A stretch of DNA of 64,000 bases from Candidatus Undinarchaeales archaeon. Its GTDB lineage: Archaea > SpSt-1190 > JASMDC01. The notes under the pieces are model-generated. The model did no database searches and was not told the DNA's origin. It worked only from the letters and a program-made list of their open reading frames with translations. Positions within the stretch are counted from its first letter, which is position 1; each line of letters opens with the position of its first letter. Positions 1 through 9,540 of this stretch are shown here, one piece after another. The stretch lies in the NCBI GenBank assembly GCA_030753015.1, contig JASMDC010000010.1, positions 1-64,000 on the forward strand, written 5' to 3'. Position numbers and translations under genes: made by a program.

Positions 1-1181
1 CCCCCCAAAGCGATAAAAGACCAGAAAAGCATAACATACGATCATGGAGCAAACGCTCGTCGTCAAGCTCGACACCACGATCGAGCAGCACAACAAGCTC
101 CTCGGCACGATGGAGCGGTTCAACGAAGCGTGCAACTTCATCGCAGGTGTCGCGTTCAAACTCCACATCGCCAACAAGATCCGGCTCCAACATGAGATCT
201 ATCATGAGGTCAGGGAAAGGTTCGGCCTCTCTGCGCAGATGGCCGTCCGCGCCATCTCGAAGGTCTGTGAGGTCTACAAACGGGACAAACACATCAAGCC
301 GACATTCCGGACGATGGGAGGGATGGTCTACGACCAACGCATCATGTCGTGGAAGGGGCTTGCCAAGGTATCCCTCCTGACGCTCGGAGGGCGGGAGATC
401 ATCCCCATCCGCATCGGTGAGTACCAAGAGCCGAGGCTGAAGAACCACATCCGTGGTCAGGCAGACCTCATCTATCGCAAGGGCACGTTCTATCTCGCTG
501 TCGTGGTGGACTCGCCCGAGGCAGACGAGTTCGATGCCGTCGGTGCGCTCGGCGTGGACCTCGGACTCAATAACCTCTCCGTCGACAGCGACGGTGACTC
601 GTACAGCGGGAAGGATGTCGATACCGTCCGCGTCAAGACGGACAGGCTCAAGGCAGCCCTCCAACGGAAAGGGACCAAGAGTGCCAAGCGGCATCTCAGG
701 AAGCTCTCCGGTAGGGAGAATCGTTTCCGTCGCAATACCAATCATATCATCTCGAAGCGTCTGGTGGCGAAAGCCAAGGACACTCGCCGTGCCATCGCCC
801 TCGAAGACCTCGGAGGCATTCGCGGCAGGACAACGGTTCGGAAGGCGCAGCGTCGCCGCCACATGAGCTGGTCGTTCTTCCAGCTCCGCTTCTTCATCGA
901 GTACAAGGCCAAGCTCGCGGGCGTCCCCATCGAAGCGGTCAAACCCGAGTACACATCGCAGGAGTGTCCCATCTGCGGTTGCGTGTGCAGGGAGAACAGA
1001 CCGTTCCGCGCTTGGTTCCAGTGCGTGACCTGCGGGTTCGCTGGCTCCGCAGACCACATCGCTGCGATCAATATCGCTGCACGGGCTACTGTCAAGGTGC
1101 CCATCGCGGCAGGCTTGGTCTCGCATCATGCGGGACCTCTGTCTAGCTGCAAGCCCCCCATTTTAATGGGGGGTACTTGAC
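1..1181 (+). mobile_element. IS1341-like (TnpB-only in this window) element; right end at about 1181, left end not resolved
   Basis: tnpB followed by subterminal hairpin CCCCCCAT-TTTA-ATGGGGGG (1154-1173) and TTGAC (1177-1181), a typical IS200/IS605 right end; no tnpA within the window. Confidence 0.75.
44..1180 (+). CDS. tnpB: RNA-guided endonuclease TnpB (IS200/IS605 family)
   Basis: RuvC motifs LGVDLG, IALEDL and ADHIAAINI (D/E/D intact); Zn finger CPICG...CVTCG; YTSQ motif; 378 aa. Confidence 0.95.
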   Translation: MEQTLVVKLDTTIEQHNKLLGTMERFNEACNFIAGVAFKLHIANKIRLQHEIYHEVRERFGLSAQMAVRAISKVCEVYKRDKHIKPTFRTMGGMVYDQRIMSWKGLAKVSLLTLGGREIIPIRIGEYQEPRLKNHIRGQADLIYRKGTFYLAVVVDSPEADEFDAVGALGVDLGLNNLSVDSDGDSYSGKDVDTVRVKTDRLKAALQRKGTKSAKRHLRKLSGRENRFRRNTNHIISKRLVAKAKDTRRAIALEDLGGIRGRTTVRKAQRRRHMSWSFFQLRFFIEYKAKLAGVPIEAVKPEYTSQECPICGCVCRENRPFRAWFQCVTCGFAGSADHIAAINIAARATVKVPIAAGLVSHHAGPLSSCKPPILMGGT

Positions 1182-1243
1182 TAAAAAAATAGCGGCACGC
1201 CGCCCCCCGTCCGTACATAACGCATGAGGGTCTCAATCATTCC

Positions 1244-1483
1244 ATGGAGGAGATCGGGACCCGGGTGACCATCAAGCCGCACATGCTGCGGTGGTCGCTC
1301 GACGGCACCCTCACGTTCTCGTCCGGCGGCACCTATCCGGTACAGGGCGGCAACCTCCGTGAGGTCCGGGACGCCGTGGTCCGGCGCCAGGCTGAGGAGA
1401 TGAAAGGGCTGGAGGAGCGACAGCGCGAGCTGCGGCGCGAGGAGCAGCGTGCGTCCCGACGACAGCGGCGCGCCACCCCGTAG
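1244..1483 (+). CDS. small hypothetical protein with a coiled-coil C-terminus
   Basis: 79-aa ORF with host-like codon usage filling the gap between tnpB and the next promoter. Confidence 0.5.
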   Translation: MEEIGTRVTIKPHMLRWSLDGTLTFSSGGTYPVQGGNLREVRDAVVRRQAEEMKGLEERQRELRREEQRASRRQRRATP

Positions 1484-1516
1484 GGCTTAAAAGTATGAAT
1501 GCGCTGCCCGCGCTAC

Positions 1517-3001
1517 ATGACGATCGATACGGACGCGCTCATCAAAGGTATCCTCGACGGCACCTACGCTGTCTCCATCCACGGCCAGGGCTATGTGGGC
1601 ATTCCACTGGCGGCGCTGCTGGCGAAGCGGGGCGTGCGGGTCATCGGTGTCGATATCGACGCCTCCAAGGTGGACCGCCTCAACCGAGGTGAGTCGCCCG
1701 TGGACGAGAAGGATCCCAACTCTCTCCTCGAGCAGGGCGCCGAGCGGTCGGAGCACAAGTGCGTCATCGACGGCATCGAGCTCTTCGTGTACGGGGGCGT
1801 GGTGTTCTGTCCGACCTGCCTGCGCACCTACCGCATCACCGACGGCATCCCCGTCCTCACCCAGGAGACCGTGGAGCTGCCCGAGCTTGCTACCGTGGAC
1901 GACTACCTGAAGGAGGCGCTCGCCGCAGGTAAATACCGCGCCACCCTGGACGCTGAGGGGGCCGTACGTGAGTCGAAGGTCCACATCATCTCGGTCCCCA
2001 CCTTCGCCGACTCCTACGAGCCTGTGCTCGCCGTGGCCCGCGCCATCGGCGGATCGCTCGACGAGAGTGGCCACATCATCATCAACAAGTCGACCGTCCC
2101 CGTGGGTGCTACCGACGAGGCCGAGGCCATCGTCCACTCCCTCACCGACCACGAGTTCGGCATGGTGCATATGCAGGAGCGTATCGCCGAGGGCCGTGCG
2201 CTCAAGGAGTTCCAGGACATCCCACGCACCGCCGGTACCCGCGATCCGGAGGCTGGGAAGGTCGCCAAGGCCCTGTTCGACAGCCTGGGTTCGCCGGTGT
2301 ACCTCTTCGACGACCCGCGGATCACCGAAGCGAGCAAGATCTTCGAGAACGCCTACCGCGACTGCAACATCTCCATCGCCAACGCGTTCGCCGTGTATTG
2401 CGAGAAGAAGGGACTGAGCGTGTACCAGGTCATCGCGGCGGCCAACACCAACCTAAAGACCCGCATCTTCCAGCCCGGAATGGTCGGCGGGCACTGCCTC
2501 CCCGAGGACACTTACTACGTGGCCGAGCCCATCAAGGACCTCGAGACCAAGAACACCATCATGGCGGGCCGCAAGCTCAACGAGTGGGTCCCCGGCCACT
2601 TGGTCGACCTGCTGGAGCAGGGCCTAAAAAAGACGGGCAAGGGGCTTGCGGGCACCACCGTGTGCATGCTGGGGCTGGCGTTCAAGGGGAACACCGACGA
2701 CACGCGCGAGAGCGGCGCCCTCATCATCGCGGACATGCTCAACAAGCGCGGTGCCAGGGTGCACATCCACGATCCTTGGGTGCCTGAGGCAGTGGTCGCC
2801 GAGCACGGCAGGCCGGTGGGTGTGGGCGAGGCGCTGAAAGCGGACGCTCTCCTGGTAGCCACGGAGCACACCCAGTTCTTCACGTTCCCCTACCGCGAGG
2901 CGTGGGCCAAGGTCATCGTCGACGGGCGCAACATGGTGCCCCCGGACGCCCTGACGGGCTCGGGCAAGGAGCTTTTACGGTTCGGCGACGGTACCGCCTA
3001 A
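1517..3001 (+). CDS. nucleotide-sugar dehydrogenase (UDP-GlcNAc/ManNAc 6-dehydrogenase family) with an internal Zn-ribbon insert
   Basis: Rossmann GQGYVG...GVDID; KSTVPVG; ERIAEG; EASKIFEN; catalytic GGHCLP; GLAFKGNTDDTRES; start moved to ATG 1517, downstream of the TTAAAAGT box. Confidence 0.92.
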   Translation: MTIDTDALIKGILDGTYAVSIHGQGYVGIPLAALLAKRGVRVIGVDIDASKVDRLNRGESPVDEKDPNSLLEQGAERSEHKCVIDGIELFVYGGVVFCPTCLRTYRITDGIPVLTQETVELPELATVDDYLKEALAAGKYRATLDAEGAVRESKVHIISVPTFADSYEPVLAVARAIGGSLDESGHIIINKSTVPVGATDEAEAIVHSLTDHEFGMVHMQERIAEGRALKEFQDIPRTAGTRDPEAGKVAKALFDSLGSPVYLFDDPRITEASKIFENAYRDCNISIANAFAVYCEKKGLSVYQVIAAANTNLKTRIFQPGMVGGHCLPEDTYYVAEPIKDLETKNTIMAGRKLNEWVPGHLVDLLEQGLKKTGKGLAGTTVCMLGLAFKGNTDDTRESGALIIADMLNKRGARVHIHDPWVPEAVVAEHGRPVGVGEALKADALLVATEHTQFFTFPYREAWAKVIVDGRNMVPPDALTGSGKELLRFGDGTA

Positions 3002-3212
3002 TACTACTGGCGGTCGTAACGAAGGCACTTAGCCCACGACGGCCATATCGTGTACTGTGGGCCCGGACCGTCCTGTCTCGTACGTCGTCCTCCCCCGCGT
3101 GGGGCCCGGACGAACCGTGCACCATATGACCACGCGTGCGCTGTCACAGCACGCGCCGCTTTATATGGTGGATATAAAAGGACTTGATTGCTGGCGGCGT
3201 CCGGGAGATACA

Positions 3213-4454
3213 ATGCAGACCCTTGAAAGCCTCTTCTCGCGTTCCGCACGGATGATGAAGGGATCCGAGATCCGGGAGCTCCTCAAGCTCACCCAGCGTC
3301 AGGGGATCATATCCTTCGCCGGGGGACTGCCCAATCCGGACGCTTTCCCCATGGACAACATCCACAAGATGGTCGACCACGTCATGGACCGCCACGCCCG
3401 GGAGGCGCTCCAGTACGGCACCACTGAGGGTCACAACAAGCTGCGGCTCGCCCTGGTTCACGGGATGCAGCAGAACTTCGACGTGACCACGGGCATCCAC
3501 AATATGGCCGTCACTACCGGCTCGCAGGAGGCGCTCTACCTCCTGAGCAAGGTGCTACTCGATCCGGGCGACACCGTGCTCACCGCAGCGCCCACCTACA
3601 TCGGCCTCATGTCCACTATCCTGGCTCAGCAGGCCAACATCGAGTGCATCCCGCTCGATGACCAGGGCATCCGCGTCGACCTGCTCGAGGACAAGCTGGA
3701 GTGGATGGCGCGCAACAAGAAGCTGCCTAAGTTCGTCTACCTCGTCCCCACGTTCCAGAACCCCTCGGGCGTGACCATCCCCCGCGAACGACGCAAGGAG
3801 ATCTACGAGCTGATGTGCCGCTATGACCTGCTCCTCGTAGAGGACGACCCGTACGGCCTGCTCCGGTTTGAAGGCGATACAGTGCTCCCGATCAAGGCAC
3901 GGGACACCGAGGACCGTGTCGTGTACCTGGGCACCTTCTCGAAGATCCTGGCGCCCGGGTTCCGCATCGCCTGGACCTGCGGTCCGGCCGAGCTCCTCAA
4001 CAAGATGACGCTGGCCAAGCAGGCGGTGGACCTCTGCTCGAACACCTTCGGCCAGTACGTCGTGTACGAGGCAATCCACCACGACCTCCTCTTCCCACAC
4101 ATCACGGAGATCAAGCGCCTCTACAAGGAGAAGCGCGACGCCATGCTCGCCGCCATGGCCGAGCACTTCCCCGAAGTGGCCCAGTGGAACACGCCCGAGG
4201 GCGGGCTGTTCATCTGGGTGCGGCTGCCCCACTCGGTCAACACCCGCGACATGTTCCCCAAGGCGGTTGCCAACAACGTGGCCTACGTGGTGGGCCAGGC
4301 GTTCTACCCCGACGGATCGGGCTCGAACACCATGCGCCTGAACTTCTCCCACTCGTCCAACGAGCAGATCTGGGATGGCATCGAGCGGTTGGCCAAGGTC
4401 ATCGACCAGGAGATGGACAAGAAGCTCGAGCCCGAGTACATCCACGTGTACTAG
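3213..4454 (+). CDS. PLP-dependent aminotransferase class I/II (LysN/ARO8-like)
   Basis: SEIRELLK, ISFAGGLP, FQNPSG, EDDPY, GTFSKILAPGFRIAW; GGAG RBS before ATG 3213. Confidence 0.93.
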   Translation: MQTLESLFSRSARMMKGSEIRELLKLTQRQGIISFAGGLPNPDAFPMDNIHKMVDHVMDRHAREALQYGTTEGHNKLRLALVHGMQQNFDVTTGIHNMAVTTGSQEALYLLSKVLLDPGDTVLTAAPTYIGLMSTILAQQANIECIPLDDQGIRVDLLEDKLEWMARNKKLPKFVYLVPTFQNPSGVTIPRERRKEIYELMCRYDLLLVEDDPYGLLRFEGDTVLPIKARDTEDRVVYLGTFSKILAPGFRIAWTCGPAELLNKMTLAKQAVDLCSNTFGQYVVYEAIHHDLLFPHITEIKRLYKEKRDAMLAAMAEHFPEVAQWNTPEGGLFIWVRLPHSVNTRDMFPKAVANNVAYVVGQAFYPDGSGSNTMRLNFSHSSNEQIWDGIERLAKVIDQEMDKKLEPEYIHVY

Positions 4455-4468
4455 GAAAAGAAAGGGAT

Positions 4469-4500
4469 GGGGGCAGCGTCCCGGAAAGGGACCTGCCCCC
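4469..4500. terminator. GC hairpin between convergent genes, probably a bidirectional terminator
   Basis: GGGGGCAG-c-GTCCC-ggaaa-GGGAC-CTGCCCCC; pyrimidine-rich tails on both strands. Confidence 0.6.
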
Positions 4501-4512
4501 GTTCTCTTGCGG

Positions 4513-5196
4513 TCACTCCCGCTCTTCGAGGTCGACGGCCCGGGCGACGTTCTTTCCCCTGAAGCTCAGGATAGGGTGGAACTGATCGCTCATGTACTGG
4601 GGTGTCCCGTCGAACTTCTCCTTTGCCTCACGCAGGGCACCCTCGATGCCGTTGACGTTCCCGTCCATGCTGAGGTAGAAACCGACCGTCTCGGAGGGGA
4701 TCACTACACCTGGGTAACCGCCGGCGTACGTTTGGACGTGCTCATGGGCCTTGACCTCGATACCATGCTTCTCGGAGAGCTCGGTGGCGTACGCGGTGAG
4801 CTCGTCCAGCGTGCCCTCGGGCATGTCGGTCCGGTAGGCGACATCCAGATGGCCGTCCAGGTCCGCCTCTTTTGCGATCACGTACGAGGAGAGCCGGAAG
4901 CCCTTCCACGCAGCTATGGGGTGACCCGGGTCGATGGCCGGGTTTAACGGAAGACCGTGCTCCTTGGTCTCCTGAACGAGGTACTCGGTGGCCGCCAGTA
5001 CGTCCTTCTCGGACCCCTGGAGGATCACACCGCGGCCGTATTCGCCCACGTGTCGTGCCCATAGTGGGTCATGCTGTGTAGTGACGTCGTACGTGGAGCC
5101 GATATCGGTCAGTGCCTGATCGATGACCTCGGAGCGAGCATCATAGCCTTCGCTGCCGGGATCACCATAGAACTCGAAAAGGGCTTCTGCTTCCAT
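4513..5196 (-). CDS. hypothetical acidic protein, paralog 3 of a tandem triplet
   Basis: shares HPIAAWKGFRLSSYV and HPIxSFRGKNVA with the next two ORFs; TATA at 5221-5228. Confidence 0.85.
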   Translation of the reverse strand: MEAEALFEFYGDPGSEGYDARSEVIDQALTDIGSTYDVTTQHDPLWARHVGEYGRGVILQGSEKDVLAATEYLVQETKEHGLPLNPAIDPGHPIAAWKGFRLSSYVIAKEADLDGHLDVAYRTDMPEGTLDELTAYATELSEKHGIEVKAHEHVQTYAGGYPGVVIPSETVGFYLSMDGNVNGIEGALREAKEKFDGTPQYMSDQFHPILSFRGKNVARAVDLEERE

Positions 5197-5294
5197 GACC
5201 GGCATGGGCTTGGTGGGTACTTTTTATACCGAACTTTTGGTCTGACGACTGACAAATAGTGTCACGATTAAAGCTCAGTATAGCGTTCCCGGAT

Positions 5295-5987
5295 CTATTC
5301 CCGGTCCTCGAGCTCCACGACCTTGGCGACGTTCTTTCCCCGAAAGCTCTTGAACGGGTGGAGCGGGTCGCTGAGGTATTCGGGCTTCTCGTCGAAGTGC
5401 TCCCGGGCCTCGCGCAGGGCCGACTCCACGCCGTCGATGGGCCCGTCCAGGCTGAGCCAGAAGCCATTGACCTTCGACGGGGGCGGGACGGCCGGGTAGC
5501 CGCCATAGGCGGGCTCGTACCGCTCTTGGGCCTTCGCCTTGATGCCGTGCTTCTCGGCGAGCCCGACAGCGTAGGTGCCCAGCTCCTCCATCCTGGCCTC
5601 TGCGTTCTCGTCGTTGAATCCCGCGTCGAGGAAGACGTCAGCGCCCTTCTCCTTGTCGAGCACGTATGAGGATAACCTGAATCCTTTCCAGGCAGCGATG
5701 GGATGGCAGATGTCGAACGGCGAGTTCAGCGGCATGTCGTAGCCCTTGGCCTTCGTCTCGTTCACCAGGTACTGAGTGGCCTCCAAGACGTCCTGCTCAC
5801 TGCCCCGGATGATGACCTTGCGGTCGGAGAACCCGGTGTACGGCAGGAGCACGTCCTGCTGCTTCACCTCGATATCGTAGGATCCGCACGCGTCTTCCAG
5901 CGCGCTGTCGAGGTCGCGGTCAAGGGTGTCGTACGCTTCCTGGTCAAGCCCCATGATGTTGTAGTTGAGGATGACCTCGGCGTCCAT
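5295..5987 (-). CDS. hypothetical acidic protein, paralog 2 of a tandem triplet
   Basis: 230 aa; same conserved motifs as its neighbours. Confidence 0.85.
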   Translation of the reverse strand: MDAEVILNYNIMGLDQEAYDTLDRDLDSALEDACGSYDIEVKQQDVLLPYTGFSDRKVIIRGSEQDVLEATQYLVNETKAKGYDMPLNSPFDICHPIAAWKGFRLSSYVLDKEKGADVFLDAGFNDENAEARMEELGTYAVGLAEKHGIKAKAQERYEPAYGGYPAVPPPSKVNGFWLSLDGPIDGVESALREAREHFDEKPEYLSDPLHPFKSFRGKNVAKVVELEDRE

Positions 5988-5990
5988 GGT

Positions 5991-6677
5991 TCATTCCTCC
6001 CGTTCTAGCTCGATGACACGTGCAACGTTCTTTCCCCTGAAGCTCCTGATCGGGTGGAGGATGTCGCCGAAGTAGTCCGGTTTGTCCTCGAACTTCTCCC
6101 GCAGCTCACGCGTAGCGCCTTCGATATCGTTGACGTCGCCGTCCAGGCTGAAGTAGAACCCAGTGACCTCCGACGGGGGCGCTACCGGTACGGGGGCAGC
6201 GACGGGGTAGACCTTGATGCGCTCCTTGACCTTGGCGGTGATGCCGTGCTTTTCGGCCAGCTCGGTGGCGTAGACGGAGAGGTCCTCCATCTTGGCCTCG
6301 GCCTCCTTGTCGGCGTAAGCCACGTCCAGGTGGCCCGTGAGCCCCTCCTCCTTGGCCAGTACATAGGACGAGAGCCTGAAGCCCTTGTAGGCGGCGATTG
6401 GATGGAACGGGTCGATGATCTTGTTCGCGGGCAGGGGATGGCCGTTATCCTTCATCTCGGTGACGATGTAGCCTGTGGCCTCCAACAGGTCCTCCTGGGA
6501 CCCTCGCAGGATCACCTCGCGACCGTACGCGCCTACGTGCTGGGCCATCAAGGTGTTGTGCTGGGTCTCGATGTCATAGCTCTTGTTCAGCTCTTCCAGG
6601 GTGCTCTCGATGTCCTCGTTCCGCTGGTTGTATTCATCGGTGGCACCGTAGAAATGGAGAATGACTTCCGCGTCCAT
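5991..6677 (-). CDS. hypothetical acidic protein, paralog 1 of a tandem triplet
   Basis: start MDAEVIL aligns with the paralog starts; TTTATATA box at about 6702-6709. Confidence 0.85.
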   Translation of the reverse strand: MDAEVILHFYGATDEYNQRNEDIESTLEELNKSYDIETQHNTLMAQHVGAYGREVILRGSQEDLLEATGYIVTEMKDNGHPLPANKIIDPFHPIAAYKGFRLSSYVLAKEEGLTGHLDVAYADKEAEAKMEDLSVYATELAEKHGITAKVKERIKVYPVAAPVPVAPPSEVTGFYFSLDGDVNDIEGATRELREKFEDKPDYFGDILHPIRSFRGKNVARVIELEREE

Positions 6678-6780
6678 GGGATAACCTAGCTCAACAGGCG
6701 GTATATAAACCTTGTCATCAAGCGGTAGTAACAGTCGGGCCGCATTTAATGGCAGCTGCCCAGTCTGACGTTTGCGACGC

Positions 6781-7335
6781 TCAGCTCCACGTGAGCGGCG
6801 GGGTGAGGCCCACCAGCACACTGCAGCGGTCCTCGCCCTCGTAGCGTACGAGCCGGACTGCAAATCCCTCCTCGGCGAATGCCAGCACCGCCTCGTCCGC
6901 GCTGCTGTTGTAGCCGTAGTCGAGCGTGACCATGCCCCTGGACATGTCGGGGAAGAAGGCCTCTAGGTTACCCAGGTGCTCCTTGGTGACCTCGGCGACC
7001 TTGGCGAGCTGCTGGGTGTCCTCGTGCGTGGGATCACCGATCCGATCCCTGTCAAGGTAGATGGAAGCGATGTCGGAGCCAGGGTTCCTGCTGCGGTGCA
7101 CGGTGTAGGTCTGCCAGAGGTGGTCCATGACACCTTCGTCCGCAGTGGTGACCACGGCGTAGTCGAGGCTGTAGACGTGCTTGAGCTCAAAGGAAGGAGA
7201 CTCCCTGCCCAGGAAGGTCAGTGTCAGCAGCCCGGGCTCGTGGTCCTTCCCGTACTGTTCGAGGGTGTCGCGGACGTGATCGTAGTTGCAGACCTTGTCG
7301 ACCATCCGGTCGATATCTCCGACTTCTAGGTACAT
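6781..7335 (-). CDS. hypothetical protein, paralog of 7517-8053
   Basis: YDHVRDTL...EPG, AVVTT, PTHEDTQ and F.PD shared with the neighbour. Confidence 0.8.
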   Translation of the reverse strand: MYLEVGDIDRMVDKVCNYDHVRDTLEQYGKDHEPGLLTLTFLGRESPSFELKHVYSLDYAVVTTADEGVMDHLWQTYTVHRSRNPGSDIASIYLDRDRIGDPTHEDTQQLAKVAEVTKEHLGNLEAFFPDMSRGMVTLDYGYNSSADEAVLAFAEEGFAVRLVRYEGEDRCSVLVGLTPPLTWS

Positions 7336-7516
7336 GAGTATCAAGGGCGCGGGATTTAGGCAACCTTAATAAACCTGCCCTCGGGGGTGTCACTGTGCGG
7401 TGGTGCTGCATGAGGGTCCCCATGCTCATCTCATGGAGCGCTCGACATGGTAGTTGATGGAATGGGGACGGACGGATCCGGGGGGAGCCCGCCCGCCTGC
7501 TGGTGTGAAAGGTTCT

Positions 7517-8053
7517 CTATTTCATTCCGATGAGGAGCATCCCGCCGTCCTTGTGCGAGTATGGGTCGATCCGGGCATTGATCCCTGCGTCGGCGAAGCC
7601 CGCAGCGGCCTCTTCCAGGGACTCGTTATCGCCGTACTCGATGAGGGCACGCTGGTAGGGGATATCGGGAGAGAAGCTGTCCATGCCCTTGAGGTAGTTC
7701 TTGGCCACCTCGGCGACCTCGGAGAGCCTCTGGGTGTCGGTATGCGTGGGCTTGCCGGCGTAGGTGCCGTCGAGCTCTACCGTGGCGCAGTTGGAGTGGG
7801 AGTCGCGTCTGTAGGCGGTGTCGAACTCCTTCAGGAGCGCCTCGTGCATGCCTGTATCGTCGGTTGTGATAACGGCGCGCTGTACGAAGTAGGAAGGGCC
7901 GGAGCTATAGGAGGGGGCTTCGGCGTCCTTGAAGTGCTTGGCGAAGAAGCCAGGCTCGTTATCCTTAACGTAAGCATCAAGTGTATCGCGAACGGTATCA
8001 TAGTGGGCTCCGCGGGCCACCATGCCATCGATGTAAGCTGCGTCGATTTCCAT
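7517..8053 (-). CDS. hypothetical protein, paralog of 6781-7335
   Basis: YDTVRDTL...EPG, AVITT, PTHTDTQ; TATATAAG box upstream. Confidence 0.8.
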   Translation of the reverse strand: MEIDAAYIDGMVARGAHYDTVRDTLDAYVKDNEPGFFAKHFKDAEAPSYSSGPSYFVQRAVITTDDTGMHEALLKEFDTAYRRDSHSNCATVELDGTYAGKPTHTDTQRLSEVAEVAKNYLKGMDSFSPDIPYQRALIEYGDNESLEEAAAGFADAGINARIDPYSHKDGGMLLIGMK

Positions 8054-8157
8054 GCGATCAGTCAACCTCGAACCGTATGGACCTTATATAGGTTCCCTTG
8101 GGAGTGTCACCTGCGAGTGGTTACAGCTCCGGAAGGCAACTCGAGAACGACGCTGCT

Positions 8158-9528
8158 TCAGTTCCGCAGGCTCTTCACTGGGGCCGGGATGCGTCCGCCC
8201 CGGGCGATGAACGCCTTGGAACCGAACTGTGAGACCGGCATGATAGTGGAGCCACCGAGCAGACCGCCGAAGGAGACCATCTCGCCCGCCTTCTTCCCGG
8301 GTACGGGGATGAGCCGGCTCGCAGTGGTCTTGTTGTTGATGACCCCGATGGCCGCCTCGTCGGCGATGATCGCAGACAGGGTCTCTGCAGGAGTGTCGCC
8401 GGGGACGGCGATCATGTCCAGGCCCACCGAGCACACTGCGGTCATGGCCTCGAGCTTCTCCAGGGTGAGGGCACCTTCTGCCACGGCCTCGACCAGACCC
8501 GGGTCCTCGCACACCGGGATGAAGGCCCCGGAGAGCCCGCCCACGTAGCTGGTGGCCATGGCCCCGCCCTTCTTCACGGCGTCGGTGAGCAGCGCGAGCG
8601 CTGCAGTGCTGCCGGGAGCGCCCGCCCGTTGCAGGCCCATGGTCTCAAGTATCTCGCCCACACTGTCACCGCGCGTAGGGCTGGGGGCCAGGGAGATGTC
8701 GATGATGCCGAACTCCACGTCCAGGCGCCTGGCCATCTCGCGGCCGATGAGCTCGCCGACACGAGTGATCTTGAAGGCCGTGCGTTTGACCTCTTCCGCG
8801 ACGGTTCCCAGGCTCCTGCCCTTCAGCTTGTCGAGGGCGGCCTTGACGGTTCCGGGACCGGAGATGCCCACGCTCACTACCGCCTCGGGCTCCTCTGCAC
8901 CGTGGAACGCGCCCGCCATGAAGGGATTGTCGGAAGGAGCGTTGGCGAACACGACGAGCTTGGCGCACCCGATGCCGCCGCTGTCAGCGGTCCGCGCAGC
9001 TATGTCCTTGATGAGCGCACCGATGCGGAGCACGGCGTCCATGTTGATGCCTGCCCGGGTGCTGGCCACGTTCACCGACGAGCACACCCGTTCAGTGGAC
9101 GCGAGGGCGGCTGGAAGGCTCTCGAGCAGCATGCGATCGGCGTCCGTGAATCCCTTTTCGACCAATGCCGAGTAGCCACCTATGAAATCGATCCCCACAC
9201 GCTTGGCCACATCGTCCATGGCCTTGGCAACAGCGCAGCCGGCCTCCTCCGGATCGGCGTCCTTGAGCGGTGCCAGGAGGAAGGAGATGGGCGTGAGCGA
9301 GACGCGCTTGTTGACGATGGGGATGCCGTACCGCTCGGCGACGCCGTCGGCGGTGCCCACCAGATTGCCGGCATAGCGGAGCACCTTCTCCTTGATCTTG
9401 GAGCATAGGGCATCAAGGTCCGGATCGGCGCAGTCCATTACGTTGATGCCCATGGTGACAGTGCGCACGTCCAGGTTCTGGACGCTGATCATCTCGATGG
9501 TCTCCATGATCTCTTCGGGTCTGTACAT
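8158..9528 (-). CDS. DUF711/UPF0210 (PFL-like fold) protein
   Basis: [50 protein letters not shown]; next to an ACT protein. Confidence 0.93.
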   Translation of the reverse strand: MYRPEEIMETIEMISVQNLDVRTVTMGINVMDCADPDLDALCSKIKEKVLRYAGNLVGTADGVAERYGIPIVNKRVSLTPISFLLAPLKDADPEEAGCAVAKAMDDVAKRVGIDFIGGYSALVEKGFTDADRMLLESLPAALASTERVCSSVNVASTRAGINMDAVLRIGALIKDIAARTADSGGIGCAKLVVFANAPSDNPFMAGAFHGAEEPEAVVSVGISGPGTVKAALDKLKGRSLGTVAEEVKRTAFKITRVGELIGREMARRLDVEFGIIDISLAPSPTRGDSVGEILETMGLQRAGAPGSTAALALLTDAVKKGGAMATSYVGGLSGAFIPVCEDPGLVEAVAEGALTLEKLEAMTAVCSVGLDMIAVPGDTPAETLSAIIADEAAIGVINNKTTASRLIPVPGKKAGEMVSFGGLLGGSTIMPVSQFGSKAFIARGGRIPAPVKSLRN

Positions 9529-9540
9529 GGTGACCGCCTC

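Noticed and set aside
5985-5993. In-frame TGA-ACC-ATG junction between triplet paralogs 1 and 2 (possible Sec or readthrough fusion)
   Set aside because: The downstream gene has its own GGAGG RBS and a conserved start, and all three paralogs end at the same position
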